NCBI GenBank assembly: GCA_951406725.2
Contig: OX597830.1
Location: 4,092,001-4,156,000 of the forward strand
Direction: 5' to 3'
Length of the DNA stretch: 64,000 bases
Origin: Octopus vulgaris
Taxonomy: Eukaryota
A program made the position numbers and the translations under genes. Below are positions 54,293 through 64,000 of this stretch, in pieces. Below the pieces are notes generated by a model. It was given only the letters and a program-made list of their open reading frames with translations. It had not been told where the DNA came from and did no database searches. Position 1 is the stretch's first letter, and each line of letters begins with the position of its first letter.

Positions 54293-55130
54293 TATAATTA
54301 CAAATAGTTAAATGATGTTAGCCATAATTCATTTTAATCAAACCACAGCAGTATTACTTGTTCCTTCAGATGAAAGAATTCAAATCTTTTAAGTGTCTGT
54401 TATTCTCATATTCTGCTATAATGGTTAACAAATGGTTATGAATGTCTCATGTACTTCCATGCTTAGATATATCCCTATTAAATGTCTGGTCGTTTTTACC
54501 AAGAGCACTTTAAGCATTTCTAGTGACAATAGTTGTCTCGGTTGCTGAGGGAAACAGAATTATCGAACTTACAGAAGTGCTTGGTAATGGCTATGATTAC
54601 CATTAACAGTCACTTGTGCCACTGACTGAGGCAAAATCCCTTTAAAAGCCTTAAACTAATAATATTTATGATGCAGCTTAAGATAATTTCATTCATTATT
54701 GAATCATTGTTATTTTGTATTCACTGAACGCTGTTTTACCATTGATGAGATGTTAAGATAATGGATGCAGATGCAGAGAAGGATATCAAATGTTGATTTA
54801 GAGACACTTTAAGAAATAAGTCTATCGTTTAAGCACAGCTCACAGATAAATATCACTGCAAATTGGTGTGTCTTTCTAAAGTACAGCGTGTCTTAATGTT
54901 TGGAAGAGTTGGTTTCTTTGCCAAACATCCAGCCGTATTTATTTTAATTGTTATTATACATTTAATATATTTAGCATTTATAAAACTTGCTGTGTCCATA
55001 TGTTTGTAGGTATAATCAAATATAAATGAGGCAGGGCTCAAGCAAACATATGTATGCCTTAAAATTCTATTTAACTATTATAGGACTAAGAAAAATAAGA
55101 CCCACGGAAATAGTTACAAATATGATGTCA

Positions 55131-55206
55131 GGGCCCACTTAACCTAATGGTACAGAGTGCTCAGCTAGTATCTGAGAAGTACAGGGTTCAATTCTTTGTA
55201 GTCACC
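55131..55206 (+). pseudogene. tRNA-like relic
   Basis: taacctaatggtacagagtg (A-box-like) and gggttcaattc (B box). Confidence 0.4.
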
Positions 55207-55229
55207 TGATGGCAATTTTAAAGACAATG

Positions 55230-55325
55230 GAGCCTGATGTGGCTCGTGGTCTTTCCAGCTCCAGTCAAACTGTCTAACCCATGCCAGCATGGAAAGCAGA
55301 CATTAAACGATGATGGTGATGATGT
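55230..55325 (+). mobile_element. RTE 3' terminal fragment
   Basis: aacccatgccagcatggaaagcagacattaaacgatgatg. Confidence 0.8.
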
Positions 55326-55979
55326 CTTACTAGATATAAAATATAACCTAAAAATGCATGGCTGAGGGGAAGGAAATGACGAATGAAGTAGGAAGGACAA
55401 TATGAGAAGAAAGAGAAAAACTTTGAAAAGCCGAGAGAAAATTAGTTGACCATATGGCAAAATAAAACTGTTTTCACATTGTACAACTTTGTTGAAATAA
55501 ATCCAATCAGAAGCCAATAGTTTGAGTCTGTGACTGAAAGTGATTCTACTCTAAAATGTCAGTTTATAGACTTAGCCTTCAAGCAATATGAAAATCAATT
55601 GAAACAGATATTTCTATCGTTTGCTTGAAATTCTATGTTTCAAGATAAAACTAGATTGAATAATGAAATAGTTGTGGAATGTATCAAATATTTACAGGAT
55701 AATATAATTGCACGGATACTCTATACACGGCAGCTTGTTTTCTTTAGATATAATTATTTAAGTTTTGCATCATCTAAAGGAATCCTTAGAGTCTGCTTAT
55801 CCTGAGCAAATCCTGTCTTCTTCATTTTTGATTTCTAAAAGAAAGTTATGTATAAGAAGTATATTGGAATATTAACAGTCAAATTAAAGAACTGACACAA
55901 CTGTAGGCAGCTGATTTGAGATGACTTAGGTGTATTTAAAGAATACACTGAAGAACTATGAAACCGGAGTGGACGTCTT

Positions 55980-56203
55980 TTAAACTTGGTTGCCATATTT
56001 CTGTTGGAATTGGTTTATTTTGTTCCAGTTGATGCTGTAAACAATGAAGAGTTTAGTAAAATAACTTTGTTGTAATTAAGGTGGCATTTAAAACCTAAAT
56101 TAAAATATGTTGATGGAATATTTTTAATACAGATCACTTTGAAACAGGAAATAGTGTATCAAAGAACCAGAAGCAGCCTCAGACAGGTTATCGAAAGAGT
56201 TAA
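55980..56203 (+). mobile_element. MITE family P2 (degenerate)
   Basis: Similar to 13159 and 58231; ends aaagagttaa. Confidence 0.62.
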
Positions 56204-56775
56204 ATCAGTTCATGTGGCAAAGACTTAATGCATTAAGAGTCAGTTCATTTATGGTTTTCTTAATCATCGTACAAGAAAGGAAGTCTTCAATGAAGGTTCA
56301 GTAAGCACTGCATAAACATAAACATTAATTGTAATTAGTACCTGTAACCAACTGCTATAATTAACAGCAGAACATGCACTCAGGGTCCAAATGTAGTGAA
56401 GTGTAACACGGTTCATGAGGAAGTAGCAATTACACTGTCTTAATTAAACCAACTTCAGCTAATGTGTGTGTGTGTGTATTTATATGAATTTATTGCATTT
56501 ATAATTATCATATATATTTGGCAACAGAATAAAAAATTGGAGAAAAATTGGAGAAATATAATTTTTTAAAAATTGCTTGAATTAAAAACAATTATAAATA
56601 ATTTAATCATAATTTTTAAACATTAATGAATAAATTTTTTCATACATATTTATTATAAATTTGATATTTCTTTTATTATTTAACGGCTCTTTAATAACTT
56701 TTGTTTTTAACTTCTAAAAGTTTATATTTGTACATTTGGTGAGTTAGTTTACTAATTTATTAATTGCAAATTAAA

Positions 56776-57100
56776 GGTAACGAGCTGGCAGAATCATTAA
56801 TATGCCAGACAAAATGCTTAGAGGCATTTCATCCATCTTTATATTCTGAGTTCAAATTCTTTGCCTATCCTCTTTTCGGGGTCAATAAAATAAGTACCAG
56901 TTGTGCACTGGGGGGTCAGTATAAGGCAGCGAGCTGGCAGAATCGTTAGCACGCTGGGCGAAATGCTTAGTGGTATTTCGTCTGTTTTTATGTTCTGAGT
57001 TCAAATTCCGCCAAGATTGTCTTTATGTACCAGTTGCATACTGGGGTCAGTATAATTGACTAGCTCCAAAAGTTCAGGTTTTGTGCCTATAGTAGAAAGG
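56776..57100 (+). mobile_element. Tandem dimer of SINE family B
   Basis: Two cgagctggcagaatc heads (~56781 and ~56929), each followed by gtaccagttg..ctggggg. Confidence 0.85.
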
Positions 57101-57624
57101 AATAGTTACCAGCAAATTCAAAAGCATAAAATAACAATTAACTATTAATTAATAACTAACATCCTGCCTCTTTTCACCATCATCGTCATCATCATCATCA
57201 TCATCATCATCATTATCATCTTCACTATCAAGAGCTAACGCTAATAATGGATAATTAATCAGCGTTCTAGAAATAGAAATAAAATCTCCTGAAAATCAAA
57301 CCTTAGCATCTTAAAAGTTGAAGGCACATGGAATGCTACAGCCCTAGTTGGGCTGTTCACAACTAGAATGCCGTTGGTTTTATCTCAGCTGGATGAAAGC
57401 TGACTCTGGGCTCAGCAACAAACATTATAAGCATTCAGTTTTGTTTCTTTTTGTTGTGAAGAAGATCAAACATAAATAAAATACATAAGAAGACAAAAAA
57501 CACTTATATTGCATAAGAAGACTAAACATTAATTAACTGACATTTTAACAGTAATTAATTGGGGTATTAAGATTTCTTGTAGCAGAAAATCTGTAATTTG
57601 AATAGATGTTTTTTATTAGGAATG

Positions 57625-57970
57625 GGCACAGGTGTAGCTGTGTGGTAAGGAGTTTGCTTCCCAAACACGTGGTTCTGGGTTCCGACACACCTTGGGTAAG
57701 TGTCTTTTAACCAACCAAAGCCTTGGAAACTGAAAGAAGCCCATCATATATATATGTGTGTGTGTGTGTGTGTGTCTGTGCATCACCACCACTAGACAAC
57801 TGGTGTTGGCATGTTTATGTTCCTATAACTTAGCAGTTCATCAAAAGAGACCAATAGGATAAGTACAGTCTTAAAAAAAATTCCGTGTAGGAGTCTGTTC
57901 CTTTGTCTAAAAAATTCTTCAAGGTGGTGCCCCTGCATGGCCACAGTCTAATGACTGAAGCAATTAAAGA
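57625..57970 (+). mobile_element. SINE family A (older, with deletions)
   Basis: ggcacaggtgtagctgtgtggtaag ... gcatggccacagtctaatgactgaa. Confidence 0.83.
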
Positions 57971-58230
57971 GGGAAGATAAATGTTTTTGCTTAATGTTTT
58001 CATAATTTTAATTTAGTTTGGGGTTATTTATTATTTAAAGAATATATTTGCTAACTCAGCAATTATAAGACGCAAAACAAGAAAGTAAAAAGATTACTGA
58101 AACCGAAAACTGAATTCCAACTTTTATTTAAATGGTTGAAATCTTTGAAAATGTTGTATAAGGAAAAAGTTAAGCAATTTACTCTTCAAAAGTTATTCGT
58201 GTACAATGTAAAGTCCACAAATTGTTAATA

Positions 58231-58459
58231 TTCAACCCTTTTGTTACCATATTTCTGATGTGATGCTCTGTTTCTTTGAATTAATTAAAAATATAACAAA
58301 GAATTTAATAAAATAGCTTAGTCATCCTTAAGCCAGTGTTAGGAACATAAATTGTGACCAAGGTTTGGAGGAAGATTTTAATTCAAAACTTCTGGAAACA
58401 AGACATTTGTACTACAGAGCCAGAGCTGGTTTCAGCTGGATTGGTATAACAAGGATTAA
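58231..58459 (+). mobile_element. MITE family P2
   Basis: caacccttttgttacc ... ggtataacaaggattaa imperfect TIRs. Confidence 0.7.
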
Positions 58460-60189
58460 AAGTGCAAATAAGAACAATTATATCAACAAAGACTAATTTT
58501 AATTATTTTGAAACCTAAAAAGCTGTTAATTTTCTCTTTTTATTTATTTCGTGATGTTATTATCATTTAATGGATATTAGATGATGATGATGATGATGAT
58601 AATAATGTGTCTAGATTTTCATGGAACATCTGTGACCTGGTCACTGGCAACATGGCTTGAATGACCATTCAAAAGTTATTGTAGTTTCTACAAATATCTG
58701 CCACATTAGGATTTGATCTTCAGTTGAGGATTTCCCCATCTCCAAAATCTATTATTTATGTCTTTTCAACACGATACAAATCATTGAGATATTATTGCAA
58801 CAAATGAAATTTGAATGAAATTTTAATTACGTTTGAATAAAGAATTTGTTTCTTTTTTTTTTCTAAGGTTCTTGAGCTCATTCTAAGTGAGTTTGTTTTC
58901 TAAAGAATATCAACTGCCACCATCAGCATCCAGCTGAACATTCTCAGATTTTCCATTTACTCTGATGACACATTCCATCAGAATTCCATCCTCCCCACAC
59001 ACCCACAGAATTTAGGATGTCATCAGGACAACACCTTGTGGTCATGCTAGTTTCATAGATTTATTTATTCAGGGCTGACCTAGGATGGCTTCTTAACAAA
59101 CCCTGCAGAATTCAACCTTTTGGCCATAGACATAGCACAGTGTCACCAATAAGAAATGAATAACTGATTTCTGAGTCACTTGTCTCATCACCTATCAAGA
59201 GAGCCAACCCCATTTTTATAAACAGACTTTTCTTTTTATTGTAGATGTTTCTATGATCTTCATTTACTCAAATAGAAAAATATTTTTGAACAAAATTCTA
59301 TGCTGATAAAAAAAGAAACCCATTCAGATTTTTTTTTCTCTGGGGAAATTTTAAAAAGTCAAATCGAATATATGTTTGACAGCAAAAATATAATCCCCTT
59401 TTCATGAATTTAGTGGAGGAAATCATGTAATGATTTTACCAAAATCTGATTTGTAAAACAACATAAAATGAAAATTCTCACAAAAATATTTATATTGGTT
59501 CATTGTATATGTGTGTATAAGTATAAATGTGTGTGTGTATGCATGTGTGTTCATGTGTGTGTTTAAATATATTTTTCTCAAATCTACACATTCAGTGTTT
59601 TAACATTATTAACTTGACATAACTGTTTGGGGAATTAAAAAGAACAAAAGCTAGAAACAACAAAAACGAAAGTAACAAGATATTTATTTCCAAACATAAA
59701 TTTTAAAATCCAATTTTCTTTTAATACTTAGAAAATGAGATGTCTTTCAATGCTTTTAGGGAAGTAAATCTGCTATCAGAATCCAAAATTACACATTTCA
59801 ACAAATTATTATATTACAATCATTTCTAAAATAAAACCTTGTATTTGCCACAATCTTGTTTACATTTTTAGCAAGTGACTTTCTGTGGCTTCACATTTGA
59901 AATTTGAAAGAGACAGATGAGCGGATCATGATATAGTCTTATTTTATTCATCCTTATCCCAAATTGCCAAAAAAGGGGCTTTCTGGGTCCAATTTCACAA
60001 GGTTAACTTTCTGTAGATATACCTCCATGTATTTACTAATGCTGCAATACTCGGTCAAAGTATGTCTGCATGAGTAACACAGCATACCTGTGTTTATGGG
60101 CGTGTCACAAACTATGAACTTAATGGTGTGATATCATGCCTTGGCACTCTTCCCCTAACATTCTTGATCCATCAGCCTGCAGCTGTTAC

Positions 60190-61385
60190 CAGCCTCTACA
60201 ACAATATCACTGAACAATGTAAGAAATCTATATTCTTCACTTCTTACTCCACCTTGCACATCTTCTCTAACCTACCCCATTCCTCCTTCAAATGAACCTA
60301 TAACCTGTGTGTCCTCCTGGTCCACTGTTTCTTCCCTAGCCCTGGCTCCTTCTCCTGCTCTCGCCCATGCTGTCGCACCTGCCCTTACCTCTCCAAAACC
60401 ACCATTTTCACTGGCACTCTTCACCATCCCTATCCTTTACCTGCAGCTCTAGTAATATTATCTACTGCATCACCTGCTCTCTCTGTCCTTCCCTGTGGGC
60501 TGACCAGTTCACAGAACACCTATGAGACATCAGACTCAGTCTCATGACACCCCAGTCTCATGCCACTTCCACTCTACTGGTCATTCACTACAACATCTGT
60601 CTGTGTTCAGACTGTCTCTGCACAGGGGCCACCTCGACTCCTGCTTCCCTGTGTACAAGAATAAATCTTCTCTCTTCATTCTTTTGCACCATATGGGCTC
60701 AGCTCACTACTTCTCTTCATCTTACAATGACCTCACATAGATTCCCACTCAGCTCCCTCATTCAACTGCCTCCATCCACCTACACACCTGCATACCGCCT
60801 ACCTCAGTACCCTCACCACACACACCTCTATACAAACACCTATACACACTATTTAACTCATTACTCACTTCACACACCATTGCACACACACCAGCACCGA
60901 ACATGTCTCAGCACCCACGTCACACACCATTATCCACACATATACACACAAGTTAGCCCCACACATATACACGTGTTCATGCACATACTCACACACATAC
61001 ACACATACACACTCACTAACACATACACACTTACTCCCCCCCCCCATTCACACATATACACTTACACACACCATTTTCACATAAAGAAACACACTTGCGT
61101 ATCTTAGTTTGTAGGGGTCACCATTACCAGTGTTATTATTATTACCTCCCTTTCATTCATCCTCTTTTGTACAGTCATCTCACCATGTTGGACCATTGAA
61201 CTCTGCACTTTTTCTCTCTTGGTTTTTTCCTTCTCTCTCCATTTATTTCCTCTTAATCCTTTCTGTTGAAAAGCATAGGCTTGAAACGTAAAAGATTTTT
61301 CCATTTTTCCTGAGCATTAGACTAATACACCTGTTCGTTGTTCCTACACCTGTCTTCGTCTTGTTTTCTGTAAATTTAAACTATA
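60190..61385 (+). mobile_element. Penelope-like element 3' relic: Cys-rich linker, GIY-YIG endonuclease, CA-rich UTR, pLTR
   Basis: PGSFSCSRPCCRTCPY, TCSSSNIIYCITCSLC (YIG segment deleted), FTEHL*DIR, PVSCHFHSTGHSL; hammerhead-like motif at 61259-61294. Confidence 0.82.
61259..61294 (+). ncRNA. Minimal hammerhead-like motif with CUGUUGA core
   Basis: cttt-CTGTTGA-a-aagc-atag-gctt-GAAAC-GTA-aaag. Confidence 0.6.
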
Positions 61386-61807
61386 AGACTATATGTATTT
61401 GTGCATGTTTACATGTACATATACATGTTTGTGTGAGTGTGTACGTATGTAGACGTTGTGAACATAGGAGGTTTATGTCTATGTATTGTGAGAATATAGT
61501 TGCATGTAATTTTAATCTTTATTTCTTTTTCCATCTGTTAGAGTTACTTACCTTTTATTTAAGTTTTTCATAGTGTCTGTTGCCATTAATAGCTGACAAG
61601 AATGTATCGTAGCTCTTCGCTCAAACATTCGAAACTCTGAGTACTGTAATGACAACCTTTTGCTGTTTGTTCTAAATTATAACATATATGAATAATCCTC
61701 TATTTCTCTAATATCGAGGTCTTAATTTTTTGTTGTTGCTTTTTATTATTATTATATGTGTGTGGTGTATATATATAATAATATATATATATATATATAT
61801 ATATAAC

Positions 61808-62042
61808 AAATGCACCCTTTTAAAGCGTAGCCAGGCTTATGGGCCCGGTTTTCCGGTTAAAATGGCATATGTGTTCCCCAGGTGGACAGGACGCCAGTCC
61901 ATCGCAGTGTTCTTCATCTTTGCTAGCTGAGCGGACTGGAGCGACATGAAATGAAGTGTTTTGCTCAAGAACACAACACATCACCCAATCCAGGAATCGA
62001 AACCACATGCTGACACCCTAACCACTAAGCCACGTGCCTCCA
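61808..62042 (-). mobile_element. tRNA-derived SINE family D
   Basis: Minus: ggaggcacgtggcttagtggttaggg...ggtttcgattcctgg...gttcttgagcaaaacacttc...ctgcgatggactggcgtcctgtcca. Confidence 0.85.
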
Positions 62043-63766
62043 TGTATATATATAATATGTGTGTGCATGCATGGAAGTGTGTGCTTGTGTCTCCTTTTCT
62101 TGACCTTGCATAATAGTTATAAATGATCCATATTTTCATATAAGCAATGTTGTTTATTTCCTATCTTCTGCGGAAACATTACGTTGCGGTTAAGGGTTGA
62201 CAAAAAGGAAGGCATCTGTTTATAAAACAAAAAATCTACTTCAACATCTGACTCTTGTAAGCATGGAAAATGGATGTTAAAATGATGATGATAACTTGTA
62301 CCCATTCTTTGCTCTTTGAGGAAGACTCTCATATCAGGCATGGCAAGCAACCTTTCTCAAGTAGCAGGTCACGTGAGACATGCTCCTCATCAGGTGGGCT
62401 GCACTACTAAACGATTTCAAGGTAATTTTTCATTAGTTGTGCCATTCAGAAATTCCTGTGGTCTGCAGTTTGGCCATAACTGCTTTACAAGATTGCACCA
62501 CTAGTTAGAAATAGTAGCTAAATATTCCTCACTTATATCCCACCATCTTAGAAAAGAGGGTCACATTGGAAAATATTCTCCATTGTGCAATGTATCAATT
62601 TATCTGAGATAATGATAGGATGGTCATGGCTGTAACCTCTTTTTTTATCACATGATCAGTGCTGACCTTGGATTAAACATCAACAACCTTTGCCCATTCA
62701 CTACGACCTCTATTTTCATAAAATTGTCCACCTAATGCCCCCCAAAAACAACCCCTCTCAGATCTTCCTACCAAATAACAATCTTCCAGTATACCAAACT
62801 GTCTGCCTACAGAGATATTCTATGTTCTACATACACAATATTCTTGGCAGCGAAAGTATTTTGTCTAAGACTCAAACCCAAAACAGACGAATAAGTAAAT
62901 AATTCCATCCTGCAAGTTATATCTCCTTCGGTTGTTTGCACAACCAGAACCCACAATACTGCACTAATGAATAATTTAGGTACAAGGTGAACAATTGTTA
63001 TGGAAGGATTCATTTGATACCATTGACCTCAGTACTTGGCTGGTACTTCAGTTTATTGAGGATGAAAGGCACAGTTGACCCAGAAGGGTTTCAAATCAGA
63101 ACATAAAGAGAAATAAATTCCCCAATAAAAACAAAATTTGTTCACACAGCTATAAATGAATACTTCATTTTCAGGAAGTGATTTAGTGAATGTAAAAGGG
63201 TCATAACCCTATGAACATTTTGAGGGTCTCTGCAACTAGTGGGGAAAGGGAAGAAGTTATTCTCAGACAAGAGATCTGGTTTAATGTTTACGTTAAAGTG
63301 TACCCCACTAAAGGAACTCAAGGACCAGTGGTGGTGGTAGGGTAACTGGTTGCTAATACGTCTATCAATGTAACACCTACAAACCCAAAAACATACTTTT
63401 CAGATGTACAGTAACATTACTGCTGTTGCTAACACCACTACTACTGATGCTAACATTAATACAACTAATAATAATAATAGCAACAACAAGTTTGAGAAAA
63501 GTAAAAAGAGAAAAGAATATTGATACATTCTATTTATTTTTCTGTAGCCAAACATTTCCATTTATTTTGTTTTCAAAAAAAATAATAATAATCAGTTTCA
63601 AAACAAACAAAGCAAAACAAATTCTTTATTAGATTTCCATATAAATTTATATTAAATGTGAGAAAGTAATATTCCGTGTAAAGTTTAAAACTTGAGTTTG
63701 ATGTTTTTTGTCAGAAAGAAAAAAATTTCTCATCTTTTACCAGATCACATAATAGATAGATAAATA

Positions 63767-63803
<37 letters not shown>

Positions 63804-64000
63804 CGATATGCTGTGTTTATCTTTACTTCAATGGAACTGTTTTTCTTTTTTTTTAAGTAGACATTATTTATTACTGCCAGTTTATATAATTGTTATAATG
63901 AAATCCTTCCTTATAATCTCACAATAATTGTCTGTTACATTTATTGACCAAGAAACCACCAAGTGCAATTTGATATTTACTATGCACTTTGGCAAATAAA

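Noticed and set aside
53914-54297. Recurrent ORFs such as RWASFSFRLPNPLTRLWSARG and [14 protein letters not shown]
   Set aside because: Translations of SINE family A copies; they recur because the repeat recurs.
60544-61107. 187-aa His/Thr-rich ORF
   Set aside because: Off-frame reading of the PLE relic plus CA-rich low-complexity UTR.

Overview
AT-rich, repeat-dominated eukaryotic DNA that looks intronic or intergenic. No host protein-coding gene could be identified with confidence. The repeat families (abundant tRNA-derived SINEs, RTE LINEs with (GAT)n tails, long (TA)n tracts) suggest a cephalopod, probably Octopus; this is inferred from memory, not from a search. Recognisable coding remnants all belong to transposons: RTE LINEs, an R4/Dong-like RLE retrotransposon, a near-complete DD34D mariner, a DD37D (maT) deletion derivative, a pogo/Tigger relic, two Penelope-like element (PLE) relics and TTAA-flanked MITEs. 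The most notable signal is a short element combining a tRNA-like Pol III head with a PLE-type minimal hammerhead ribozyme motif. It occurs as a head-to-head palindrome with target-site duplications (52400-52901), and a second insertion lacks most of one arm (24161-24460). It looks like a ribozyme-bearing SINE mobilised by Penelope-like elements. Coordinates of degenerate repeats are approximate and were read by eye.
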